IMG/VR virus record: IMGVR_UViG_3300008261_000005 | Strand: one strand, 5' to 3' | DNA length: 64,000 nt | From: a virus | Shown here: in pieces, positions 38,243 through 47,380 of the stretch | Layout: each line of letters starts with the position of its first letter | How positions within the stretch are numbered: the stretch's first letter is position 1 | The notes under the pieces: generated by a model | The model's database searches: none | What the model was told of the DNA's origin: nothing | What the model saw: only the letters and a program-made list of their open reading frames with translations | Made by a program: the position numbers and the translations under genes

Positions 38243-39520
38243 ATGCACATCGATATGCAACCACAAGATGATATGAATGGCTTACCAGGCGGCGAAAGAG
38301 ACCGTGAAGGTGCTATGGCCAAAGCTGACTTATACAAGTTAGCAAATTACAGTTTAAAACTATTTAAAATGATGGAAGCTAATACACAACTAGAAGGTTG
38401 GGTACAGGCTAAGATCACAAAAGCAGCTGATTATGTCGCTAGCGTATACCACTATATGGAATACGAAATGAAGTTTAGCGAATACGGCCAAGCTATCGAT
38501 GACAGCGATGTTTATTCAGAAAGCCAAAAACGTGCTCTAAGAGGCAAGTTAATGGAAGCTAAAGAAAAGATCAAAGACCTTAAGAAAGCTCAAGCTGAAA
38601 AGATCAAGAAGAAAGAAGAAAAGGTCGATGAAGCAAGTGGTGTACGTGCAACAGACAAAAAGAAAGGCAAAGTTGAAAAGTCTGAAAAGAAGCAATACTT
38701 TGTCAAGTTAGAAAAAGACGGCGCAACGAAAGGCATGACTATTACTGCTGACGAAGGCGAAGCGCAAAGTGAAGTGCGTGATCGTGCCGCACGTGATGCA
38801 CGTAGTGGCGGATGGACAGTGGCTAGCATTCGTCTTAAAGACAGTGGTTCAGGTGAAGAATTAGACGAAGCTAAAAAATCAAAGAAAGCTAAAAGAGACT
38901 TTGATAAAGATGGTGAAGTAGAAACTGAAAAAGAAGAAGTATTTGGTTCACGTCGTAAAGCAGCCGGTTTACCATTTAAAGAATCTGCAGAAGAAAAATT
39001 TGCCAAAGAACGACAAGCCAAACGTGATGCTGAAGAAGATGAATGGGCAAAAAGCCATGCACTAGACAAAGTTAATCTCCGCCGTCGAAACAAACAGGAT
39101 GCTGAAGATGAAGAATTTTTAGCCAGCAGATCTGGTTCTAAAACAAAAGAAAGCATAGGACAAATAGGTAATAAACTTAGTGCTGCTGCTAAATCTGCCA
39201 TCCCAGCAACAGCAACAACTACAGTACCAGGCATGAGAGCCACTGGCGCAGATTTAAAGAAAGCAAATGCCAGTGCGGCACTTGGTGAAGGCAAATGCAA
39301 CCATACACCTAAAGGTAAAGCATGTCCAGTCCACGGTTTAAAAGAATGTGGCACATACATGGAAGCTAAAAAAGGAACTGGTGATGTAGGCAAGCCTAAC
39401 ACTGGTGGGAACAAAGGTTTCAAAGGTGTAGTTACTAGTGCTAAAAAATCTGGTTATTCAACTGAAGTTGCTAACAAGATTGCTGGCAAAGTTAAAAAAG
39501 ACATAATGGCAAAGAAATAA
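38243..39520 (+). CDS. Charged, modular putative internal head protein
   Basis: Lys/Glu-rich modules separated by x-x-E-[AGS] sites; small CxH...CPxH...C motif. Confidence 0.55.
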   Translation: MHIDMQPQDDMNGLPGGERDREGAMAKADLYKLANYSLKLFKMMEANTQLEGWVQAKITKAADYVASVYHYMEYEMKFSEYGQAIDDSDVYSESQKRALRGKLMEAKEKIKDLKKAQAEKIKKKEEKVDEASGVRATDKKKGKVEKSEKKQYFVKLEKDGATKGMTITADEGEAQSEVRDRAARDARSGGWTVASIRLKDSGSGEELDEAKKSKKAKRDFDKDGEVETEKEEVFGSRRKAAGLPFKESAEEKFAKERQAKRDAEEDEWAKSHALDKVNLRRRNKQDAEDEEFLASRSGSKTKESIGQIGNKLSAAAKSAIPATATTTVPGMRATGADLKKANASAALGEGKCNHTPKGKACPVHGLKECGTYMEAKKGTGDVGKPNTGGNKGFKGVVTSAKKSGYSTEVANKIAGKVKKDIMAKK

Positions 39521-39524
39521 TACC

Positions 39525-41060
39525 ATGGACATGAAGAAACTCCTATCCATTGTTGATAACAGTGGAACTAAAGAAAAAACAATAATCACTGAAGGTACTA
39601 ACATGGCTCAACAAATGGTCATGCAACAGTACTCTAAACCTCAACAAACTACTCCTAAGTTCAAAAGCAACATTAATGAATATTTAAAAGTAGTCAATAA
39701 TGAAATGCTAGGTGCGCTACAAGAACAGCAAGAGCAGAAAAAGATACAAGTTAAAAAGATTGTCAATCGTGTTTTGACTCGTATGGACGAGGGCAAAACT
39801 GTTAAAGCTGAAGCTCCTAAGCCACGCAACTTTGTAGCTAAAAACGCAACAACAAGTGGCGCTGGCGCACACAAAGATAAAAAGAAAGCTGACAAGCAAG
39901 GCGATGTTAAGCACAAAGCCAAAGCATTGGAACTAGCTGAGTTACGTACTGAAGTAAAAGATAAAGATGGTAAAGTCACAAGTTGGAAAGATGAAGGCGA
40001 GTGGAAAAAGTCCACTGCTAATAAAGATGGTCGTGGCAAAGTTACTAACCTAAGTGACAAAGCACGTCGTGAAACAGAGAAGTTGTCTAAGAAAGAACAA
40101 GATATTGACGAAGCAGCCAAAAAAGGTCTTTACTATAATGTAAACAAGCGCAAGGCTGCAGGTACTAGTAGACCAGCTAGCCATCCAAAAGCACCCACAG
40201 CACAAGCATGGAAGGATGCTGCCAAGACAGCTAAGAAAGAAAGCATAGCAGAAAGCTATGGTAGTGTAGAAGTTGGCGCACCAGTTAAAGTATACAGCAA
40301 CGTACTAAAGAAAGCAGTATTTGGCAAAGTTGTTAAACTTAGAGAAGGTCGTGCTTATGTTCAATATGATAATACAAAAATTATCATGGGACACCCAATT
40401 GACGCTGTTCAATTGAAAGAAGCAGCAACGGTTCCAGCACCAGCACCAGGCATGTTAGCGGGAGCAGGTAAGTTGGCAGGTAGATTTTTACCAGGACTTG
40501 GCGCAATAGCTGGCGGTGTTGATGCTTACGATAGAATTAAGAAAGGTGATTACACTGGTGCTGCACTATCAGCCGGTGCTGGTTTAGCAAGTTTTGTTCC
40601 AGTTGTTGGCACAGCGGCAGCAATGGGATTGACCGCAGCACAGCTAGGTAGAGATAAAGCACGTACTGGTAGTTTCCTTCCAAGCGAAGAAGAACAATTA
40701 GCAGCGGCAGCTAAAGATAAAAAGGCAGCAGCTCCTGGTCAAACGGCAACTCCGGCTCCAGGCGCAATGACTCCTAATCCAAAAGCTCCAGCAACTGCCG
40801 CAGCTAAACCTCAAGGAAATTTGGGAGTTAAGCAAATGCAAAAAGAATTAGGTGTTGATGCTGATGGCATAATTGGCCCATTAACTAAAGCAGCAATTGC
40901 TAAGAATCCCACAGTAGCAGCAAAATATGGTTTTGGTCCTGATGGCGCTGCATTACCTCAACAAGCAGCAACTCCTGGTCCTGGCGGCAAAATAGCATCA
41001 GCAGTTACAGCGGCCCTTCCAGTTGCCGGTGCGGCAGCTAGACAAGCATTAACTAAATAA
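39525..41060 (+). CDS. Modular putative internal/ejection protein with glycine-zipper segment and peptidoglycan-binding-like motif
   Basis: Basic modules, 'GKLAGRFLPGLGAIAGG...GAALSAGAGLASFVPVVG', 'VKQMQKELGVDADGIIGPLTKAAI'. Confidence 0.55.
   Translation: MDMKKLLSIVDNSGTKEKTIITEGTNMAQQMVMQQYSKPQQTTPKFKSNINEYLKVVNNEMLGALQEQQEQKKIQVKKIVNRVLTRMDEGKTVKAEAPKPRNFVAKNATTSGAGAHKDKKKADKQGDVKHKAKALELAELRTEVKDKDGKVTSWKDEGEWKKSTANKDGRGKVTNLSDKARRETEKLSKKEQDIDEAAKKGLYYNVNKRKAAGTSRPASHPKAPTAQAWKDAAKTAKKESIAESYGSVEVGAPVKVYSNVLKKAVFGKVVKLREGRAYVQYDNTKIIMGHPIDAVQLKEAATVPAPAPGMLAGAGKLAGRFLPGLGAIAGGVDAYDRIKKGDYTGAALSAGAGLASFVPVVGTAAAMGLTAAQLGRDKARTGSFLPSEEEQLAAAAKDKKAAAPGQTATPAPGAMTPNPKAPATAAAKPQGNLGVKQMQKELGVDADGIIGPLTKAAIAKNPTVAAKYGFGPDGAALPQQAATPGPGGKIASAVTAALPVAGAAARQALTK
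41052..41059 (+). promoter_or_regulatory. T4-like late promoter ACTAAATA
   Basis: At the gene end, upstream of AAGGA and the ATG at 41082. Confidence 0.45.
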
Positions 41061-41081
41061 ACAGAATTCAAGGAAACTATC

Positions 41082-42713
41082 ATGGACTTACGAGCACTTA
41101 TCAACAAAATGGATCAGCTTTCAGAAGCTGAAGATCCAACAGCAGTTATTGCAAAATATACAGAAATGGGTAAAAAGCCCACAGTAGACATGCCAGCATT
41201 TATTGACCCAAAGGATGGCAAGGTCAAATACATGGATCAAACTAATGCACGTATGGGGGGTGGCGAACCTCAAATTAAAGTTATGCCAAGTGACTGGATC
41301 AAACGTTATGCTCCAGATTTGGCAGCAGCAATAGCGGCACAAGGTGCTACTGGATCTGCTTATGGCTCACAAGAAAAAGGTGGGTTATTTGGTATTAAGG
41401 GCCTTGGCAATTTTGATAAGGGAACTAGCGTTAATACTCAACAAGCTACTGGTGATGCGGAACACAAGAAAACTATTGCAAAAGCTAAAGAATTAATTAC
41501 CAAAATTAAGGCAGCAATCAGCACACCAAATACTGGAAGTCCAAATAGCGGAAGTAGTTATACTGGATCAGTTGGCAACGCTACTAATGAAACTTTAAAC
41601 TTCAAAGGAGCAATTGCTCGCCAGTTAGCTGAAAGTTTTGGGTATCAGTTAGTAGAAGGTGTTGAAGAAGCAAAGCCATTAATGGCAGAACTTGGAAAAA
41701 TTGTACAGGGTTTTGGATCTACAGAAGACCCTGAAATGTTAGCCATTGCGCAACAATATTCAGAGTTACAAAATTCTATGAACAAGACTGCAACAGCTCC
41801 AGGTCAAACAGCAACTCCAACTCCGGGTCAAACAGCAACACCAACACCAGGTAGTCCATCAACTCAAGACTTAACAAAAGCAGCTGGAGAAGCAGGCGAA
41901 GTTGTAGGTAAAAAATTACAACGTTTTAAAGAGCTACTAGCAAAGGCAAATGGAAAACCTGCGGCTGCGGCGGCAGGTGGTGCGCCAGCGGCAACCAATG
42001 CAGCAACATTAAGGGCAGCACAAAATCGAGCTTCTGGTTCTAATCCTTTATCAGCAGACTCAATTACTGCCAATGCAGCTCCTAAAAAGGAAAATATGAG
42101 TGAAGCAGAAAAGTATGCAGCTTTACGTGATCGTTTAGAAGCAATTGAATCAAGAGTTGACGAAGGTCCATTAGACTTAGTTAAAGGTGCATGGAATGCT
42201 GGTAAAGGTATTTACCAAGCTGCCAAGACAGGTTTATCAGGTGCACCAGTTGCAACTGGTAAACTAACATCAACTGGTGCTGCACAAATGACTGGTCAAG
42301 GTTCAAAGAAATTTGCAAAGCAATTGGCAACAATGCCAGCTGCTCAACGTGGTGCTTATCAAGCAGCTAAAGTTGTAAAAAATAATCCAGGCAAAACAGC
42401 ACTTGCCGCAACAGCAGCTGGAGCAACGTTAGGTTACGGTTTAAGTGGTAGTCCAGAAACTCCAGAAACTCCGCCAACTCCAACCGCTACTCCGGTACCA
42501 GGTGGTGGTGGCGGAGGTGGCGGAGGTACACGTCCAACTCCACAACCAACTCCACAACCAACTCCACAACCAACTCCATCAACTGGCGCACTAAGCGATG
42601 AAGAAATGAAAGAGTTAGACACATTAGCTCGATCTTTTAATGACAGCGAAGATGAAGAAATCTTAGGATTACAAAAACAATATAGTGATTTCAAATACTC
42701 ACTACAGAAGTAA
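41082..42713 (+). CDS. Ala/Gly/Pro/Thr-rich putative internal/ejection protein
   Basis: PGQTATP repeats, poly-Gly, PTPQ repeats, hydrophobic 'ALAATAAGATLGYGLS' segment. Confidence 0.55.
   Translation: MDLRALINKMDQLSEAEDPTAVIAKYTEMGKKPTVDMPAFIDPKDGKVKYMDQTNARMGGGEPQIKVMPSDWIKRYAPDLAAAIAAQGATGSAYGSQEKGGLFGIKGLGNFDKGTSVNTQQATGDAEHKKTIAKAKELITKIKAAISTPNTGSPNSGSSYTGSVGNATNETLNFKGAIARQLAESFGYQLVEGVEEAKPLMAELGKIVQGFGSTEDPEMLAIAQQYSELQNSMNKTATAPGQTATPTPGQTATPTPGSPSTQDLTKAAGEAGEVVGKKLQRFKELLAKANGKPAAAAAGGAPAATNAATLRAAQNRASGSNPLSADSITANAAPKKENMSEAEKYAALRDRLEAIESRVDEGPLDLVKGAWNAGKGIYQAAKTGLSGAPVATGKLTSTGAAQMTGQGSKKFAKQLATMPAAQRGAYQAAKVVKNNPGKTALAATAAGATLGYGLSGSPETPETPPTPTATPVPGGGGGGGGGTRPTPQPTPQPTPQPTPSTGALSDEEMKELDTLARSFNDSEDEEILGLQKQYSDFKYSLQK
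42534..42578 (+). repeat. 12-bp tandem repeat (CCAACTCCACAA)x3.75 encoding PTPQ
   Basis: Directly visible. Confidence 0.9.
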
Positions 42714-42728
42714 TCAAGTATAAGCATT

Positions 42729-42754
42729 AATGGCAGATTTATTCTGCCATTTTT
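42729..42754 (+). terminator. Rho-independent terminator closing the late block
   Basis: AATGGCAGA-TTTAT-TCTGCCATT followed by T-run. Confidence 0.8.
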
Positions 42755-42775
42755 GTCTTTAAAATTTCTTAGGTG

Positions 42776-42804
42776 TTGACACAGGATGATAATTAATATA
42801 TAAT
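42776..42804 (+). promoter_or_regulatory. sigma70 promoter TTGACA-17-TATAAT for the replication operon
   Basis: Perfect consensus. Confidence 0.88.
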
Positions 42805-42827
42805 AGGCTATGTAAAGGAGAATCAAT

Positions 42828-43085
42828 ATGTCAGGTCGTAATTACGGTGCAGAAGAAAAGGCAAAATTGGAGCGTTTGATTAGTGAAGGTTCTACAGTAC
42901 TTCGTGAAATTGAAGATTTATCAGAAGGCTTGAAAGAAACAGTTAAGGCAGTAGCAGAAGAACTCAATGTAAAACCCAGCGTCATTAATCGTGCTATCAA
43001 AATTGCACATAAAGGCGATTGGTCAGCGCACAATGAAGATTGGGCAGAGATTGAAGCAATTCTTGATATCACCAAGCGTATCTAA
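42828..43085 (+). CDS. T4 DsbA/GapR-like dsDNA-binding protein
   Basis: 'LKETVKAVAEELNVKPSVINRAIKIAHK' parallels the T4 DsbA helix pattern; AAGGAG RBS. Confidence 0.55.
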   Translation: MSGRNYGAEEKAKLERLISEGSTVLREIEDLSEGLKETVKAVAEELNVKPSVINRAIKIAHKGDWSAHNEDWAEIEAILDITKRI

Positions 43086-43107
43086 TAAATATTGCTAGGA
43101 AAGGTCG

Positions 43108-43160
43108 GCGGGCCATAAACCGCAACATGGGTGTTTGTCAGCCGCAAATGACATAAGGAG
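43108..43160 (+). promoter_or_regulatory. Double stem-loop leader next to the DNA polymerase RBS (candidate translational operator)
   Basis: GCGG-GCCATAAA-CCGC and TGTCA-GCCGCAAA-TGACA followed immediately by TAAGGAG. Confidence 0.55.
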
Positions 43161-43164
43161 AGAT

Positions 43165-45831
43165 ATGAGCTATGTAGACGCATGGTTCGACAGAGACAAT
43201 GACGTTGTCAAAGTTGTCGAACGCAATAAAGACGGCAAGAGGGAATTTAAAGATATCCCGGCCCGTTACTCATTTTACTACGATGATGCAAGAGGAAAAC
43301 ACCAAAGTATACACGGTACTCCAGTTAGCAAAGTTGTTTGTAAAACACAAAAAGATTTCCGCAAGGAAATGGCAATCCACTCCAACAAGAAACTATACGA
43401 AGCAGATATTAACCAAGTATTTGTATGTTTGAGTGAGAATTATATCAATGCCGAACCACCAAAGCTACACGTAGCATGGTTCGACATTGAGGTGGACTTT
43501 GATCCAGAAAGAGGCTACGCAAGTCCAGATGATGCGTTTATGCCAATTACTGCGATTGCTGTTCACCTACAATGGTTAGATACAATGGTTTGTTTAGCAG
43601 TGCCTCCAAAGACAATGACAATGGAGCAGGCTAAAGAATCAATCAAAGACATTCCAGACACTATGCTGTTTGAAACAGAAGCAGAAATGTTAGACACATT
43701 CTTAGATATCATTCAAGATGCAGACATTTTAAGTGGCTGGAACAGCGAGGGATTTGATATCCCGTACACCGTTAATCGTGTGACCAAAACTCTAAGCAAA
43801 GAAGACACTAGACGTTTTTGTTTGTTTAATCAATTCCCAAAACGCAGAGAGTATGAGAAGTTTGGAAAAAGTGCTGTAACTTATGATCTCATTGGTCGTG
43901 TACACTTGGACAGTTTAGAATTGTATCGCAAATACACATATGAAGAACGTCACACATATAGACTAGATGCTATTGGTGAAATCGAAGTTGGTGAAAACAA
44001 AGTTCCATATGAAGGAACTTTGGATCAACTTTATAATCATGATTTCCGCAAGTTTATTGAATACAACAGACAAGATACTGCCTTGTTGGACAAGATGGAT
44101 AAGAAGTTAAAGTTTATGGATCTTGCCAATACACTGGCACACGAAAACACAGTATTGTTACAAACAATTATGGGTGCTGTGGCTGTTACTGAACAGGCCA
44201 TTATCAACGAGGCACATCGTAGAGGCATGGTTGTACCCAATCGTGTTAAGATGGCTGAACGTGAAAATACTGCGGCAGCTGGTGCGTATGTTGCACATCC
44301 AAAAGAAGGCTTGCAAGATTGGATCGGCTCACTGGATATTAATTCACTGTATCCGTCTGCAATTCGTGCGCTTAATATGGGACCAGAAACTATTGTTGGG
44401 CAGTTACGTCAAACAATGACACAAAACTATATTGACAGTTTAATGGCCAAAGGTAAAAGTTTTGCTGGTAGTTGGGAAGGCGTGTTTGCGGCTTTGGAAT
44501 ATACCGCAGTAATGAATCAAGAAGTAGGCACCGAAATTACAATTGATTGGGAAAACGGAGACAGTGATGTACTAAGTGCTGCCGAAGTTTATAGACTAAT
44601 TTTTGAAAGTAAACAGCCTTGGGTGCTGAGTGCAAATGGTACAATCTTCACTTACGAAAAAGAAGGTATTATTCCTGGCTTGTTAAAGCGGTGGTATAGT
44701 GAACGTAAGGAAATGCAAGCCAAACTAAAAGACGCTATCAAAGCTGGTAATAAAATTGAAGAAGAATATTGGGATAAAAGACAACTGGTTAAGAAGATTA
44801 ACCTAAATAGTTTATATGGTGCTATTCTTAACAGTGGTTGTAGATTCTTTGACAATCGTATTGGGCAGTCAACTACATTGACTGGACGCACCATTTGTAA
44901 ACACATGGCTGGCAAGGTAAATGAAATTATTACAGGCGATTACGACCATGTGGGTAAAGCTATTATTTACGGTGATACTGATAGTTGCTATTTCTCAGCG
45001 TATAAAACTTTGAAGAAAGATATTGATAACGGATCATTACCATGGAGTAAAGAAACTGTTGTTTCATTATATGATCAAATTGGAGAAGAAGTAAACAGTA
45101 CATTCCCACAGTTTATGCTTGACTCATTCCATTGTCCAAAGTCACGTGGAGAAGTTATCAAAGCTGGACGTGAAATTGTTGCTAGTAAAGGTTTGTTTAT
45201 TACTAAGAAACGTTATGCTGTTCTTTACTATGATAAAGAAGGCAAACGTAGTGATATAGATGGCAAACCTGGTAAGATTAAAGCTATGGGTTTGGATTTG
45301 AAACGTAGTGACACTCCCGTGTTTATTCAAAACTTCTTAAGCGATGTATTGGAAAAAGTACTAACTGGTGCAACTGAAAAAGAAGTACTAGAAAATATTA
45401 CTCAATTTAGAAGTGAATTTAAAGCACGTCCAGGTTGGGAGAAGGGTAGTCCCAAACGTGCTAACAACATTGCGGAATATCAAGAGAAAGAAAAGAAAGC
45501 TGGTAAAGCTAATATGCCTGGTCACGTTCGAGCAAGCATTAACTGGAATACTCTAAAGCGTATGATGGACGACAAGTACAGTCAACAAATTGTAGACGGT
45601 ATGAAAGTTATTGTTTGTAAAGTAAAACAAAATCCATTAGGGTATACTAGCGTTGCTTACCCAGTAGATGAATTGCGTTTGCCGCAATGGTTTAAAGATT
45701 TGCCTTTTGACCACGCAGAAATGGAACAATCAATTATTGATAATAAACTTGATAACTTGATTGGTGTATTGAAGTGGGACGTGCAAAGTACAGAGGAGAA
45801 GAACACGTTTAATAAACTGTTCGAATTTTAA
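43165..45831 (+). CDS. Family B DNA polymerase (T4 gp43-like) with proofreading exonuclease
   Basis: 'FDIEV', 'GWNSEGFDIPY', 'YNRQD', 'SLDINSLYPS', 'KINLNSLYG', 'YGDTDS', 'KKRY'; RBS AAGGAG before the ATG at 43165. Confidence 0.97.
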   Translation: MSYVDAWFDRDNDVVKVVERNKDGKREFKDIPARYSFYYDDARGKHQSIHGTPVSKVVCKTQKDFRKEMAIHSNKKLYEADINQVFVCLSENYINAEPPKLHVAWFDIEVDFDPERGYASPDDAFMPITAIAVHLQWLDTMVCLAVPPKTMTMEQAKESIKDIPDTMLFETEAEMLDTFLDIIQDADILSGWNSEGFDIPYTVNRVTKTLSKEDTRRFCLFNQFPKRREYEKFGKSAVTYDLIGRVHLDSLELYRKYTYEERHTYRLDAIGEIEVGENKVPYEGTLDQLYNHDFRKFIEYNRQDTALLDKMDKKLKFMDLANTLAHENTVLLQTIMGAVAVTEQAIINEAHRRGMVVPNRVKMAERENTAAAGAYVAHPKEGLQDWIGSLDINSLYPSAIRALNMGPETIVGQLRQTMTQNYIDSLMAKGKSFAGSWEGVFAALEYTAVMNQEVGTEITIDWENGDSDVLSAAEVYRLIFESKQPWVLSANGTIFTYEKEGIIPGLLKRWYSERKEMQAKLKDAIKAGNKIEEEYWDKRQLVKKINLNSLYGAILNSGCRFFDNRIGQSTTLTGRTICKHMAGKVNEIITGDYDHVGKAIIYGDTDSCYFSAYKTLKKDIDNGSLPWSKETVVSLYDQIGEEVNSTFPQFMLDSFHCPKSRGEVIKAGREIVASKGLFITKKRYAVLYYDKEGKRSDIDGKPGKIKAMGLDLKRSDTPVFIQNFLSDVLEKVLTGATEKEVLENITQFRSEFKARPGWEKGSPKRANNIAEYQEKEKKAGKANMPGHVRASINWNTLKRMMDDKYSQQIVDGMKVIVCKVKQNPLGYTSVAYPVDELRLPQWFKDLPFDHAEMEQSIIDNKLDNLIGVLKWDVQSTEEKNTFNKLFEF

Positions 45832-45832
45832 T

Positions 45833-46627
45833 ATGAAATTTATTATTGCAGGTTACGGATTTGTAGGTAAGGCAGTTAAGGCTGCTTTAAAATACACTTA
45901 TGAAACTGAAGTAGTTGATCCAGCACTCACTGAAGTTAAAATTTCAGATCATTATGATGCCGCTGGAATTATTATCTGTGTTAATACCCCTAGTGACGAT
46001 AATGGGGATTGTGATATCAGCAACGTGTTAGACGTTATTAGTCAAACACCAGTTCATATGCCAATCTTAATTAAAAGCACAGTAAGTCCAGACAAACTTA
46101 AAGCTATTACAGAAAAATATTCTGAACATAGCATTGCGTATAGTCCAGAGTTTTTAAGAGCAAAGTCAGCAATTGAAGATTTTGCCAAGCAAAAGTATAT
46201 GATTATTGGCGGTGATGATCCGTTGGATTTTTGGCACTGTGCTTTTAGGGGAGCAATGCCAAACTTGTTAGTAGTACACAAGTGTTCAATTGAAGAAGCT
46301 GCAATTATCAAATACGCAACAAATAGTTTTTTAGCAATGAAAGTATCGTTCTTTAATCACATATATGATATATGTGAGGCAAGTGGACATGACTTTGATA
46401 TTGTTAGACACTTAATTTGCCAAGATAACCGAATTGGCACAAGTCACAGCATGGTTCCCGGACCTGATGGTGAAAGAGGTTGGGGAGGGCATTGCTTTCC
46501 AAAAGATACATCGGCGTTTATTCATTACATTAATTCATTAGATCAAAAATTTGATTTATTGGAAACGGTAATAGAGTACAACAAAAAAGTAAAAAAAGGT
46601 GTTGACACAAGCGTCAATATCAGTTAA
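45833..46627 (+). CDS. Short UDP-glucose/GDP-mannose dehydrogenase family protein
   Basis: 'IAGYGFVG', 'CVNTP', 'KSTV', 'SPEFLR', 'KYATNSFLAMK', 'GWGGHCFPKD'; ends after the central domain. Confidence 0.88.
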   Translation: MKFIIAGYGFVGKAVKAALKYTYETEVVDPALTEVKISDHYDAAGIIICVNTPSDDNGDCDISNVLDVISQTPVHMPILIKSTVSPDKLKAITEKYSEHSIAYSPEFLRAKSAIEDFAKQKYMIIGGDDPLDFWHCAFRGAMPNLLVVHKCSIEEAAIIKYATNSFLAMKVSFFNHIYDICEASGHDFDIVRHLICQDNRIGTSHSMVPGPDGERGWGGHCFPKDTSAFIHYINSLDQKFDLLETVIEYNKKVKKGVDTSVNIS

Positions 46628-46630
46628 AAT
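46602..46630 (+). promoter_or_regulatory. sigma70 promoter TTGACA-17-TAAAAT for the clamp/dpdA operon; contains TTGAC-N6-GTCAA
   Basis: Boxes and inverted repeat visible. Confidence 0.7.
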
Positions 46631-46648
46631 ACAAACTTGGAGACCCAT

Positions 46649-47380
46649 ATGAAAAACATTTTACAAGACATCGTAGCACATACACATAGCCTAGGCTTTT
46701 TGCCAACAGTTAAAGTTTCTGGTGAGAACGGAGAAACAACTATTGAATCAATGGCAGAAGACCGTAGCGTTATTGTTAATGCTAAAACACACAAGGTAGT
46801 TACTGAATTTGCAGGCGTATTTGGTATGCCTAACTTAGACAAATTAGCACTACACTTGAAGAATCCAGAATATAAAGAAAACGCAAAGATTAATGTTGTT
46901 ACTAGTCAACGCAACGGCGTAGATATTCCAACAAGTTTGCACTTTGAAAATGCAACTGGCGACTTTGTTAACGATTATAGATTTATGAGTACTGAAGTTA
47001 TTAACGAAAAGTTAAAAAGCGTCAAGTACAAAGGCAACGGTTGGGACATTGAATTTGAACCTTCACTGAGCTCAATCAGTCGTTTGAAATTGCAAGCGGC
47101 TGCACATACAGAAGAAAACGTGTTCCAAGTCAAAACAGACAATGGCAATTTAGTTGTAAGTTTTGGTGATGCAAGTACACACGCTGGTAACTTTGTATTC
47201 CAACCAAATGTTGTTGGTAAATTGAAACACACATGGTCATGGCCAATTAACGCTGTTATTAGTATTCTTAACTTAGATGGTAAGAGCACAGTACGCATTA
47301 GTGATCAAGGCGCTATGCAAATTACAGTTGATAGTGGTATTACAGAATACAACTATATTCTTCCAGCTCAATCTAAGTAA
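46649..47380 (+). CDS. Sliding clamp (T4 gp45/PCNA-like)
   Basis: Size, two-domain beta pattern ('FGMPNLDKL', 'VRISDQGAMQITV...YNYILPA') and position near polB; clamp loader present in the window. Confidence 0.65.
   Translation: MKNILQDIVAHTHSLGFLPTVKVSGENGETTIESMAEDRSVIVNAKTHKVVTEFAGVFGMPNLDKLALHLKNPEYKENAKINVVTSQRNGVDIPTSLHFENATGDFVNDYRFMSTEVINEKLKSVKYKGNGWDIEFEPSLSSISRLKLQAAAHTEENVFQVKTDNGNLVVSFGDASTHAGNFVFQPNVVGKLKHTWSWPINAVISILNLDGKSTVRISDQGAMQITVDSGITEYNYILPAQSK

Noticed and set aside
38590-39423. 277-aa minus-strand ORF (and other antisense ORFs such as 18064-18603, 29072-29569, 39641-40120)
   Set aside because: Shadow frames of biased plus-strand genes; no RBS, no recognisable motifs, fully overlapped by better-supported genes
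42534-42578. Short tandem repeats (also 18371-18406 and 27490-27556) as CRISPR or origin iterons
   Set aside because: In-frame low-complexity coding repeats with no spacers
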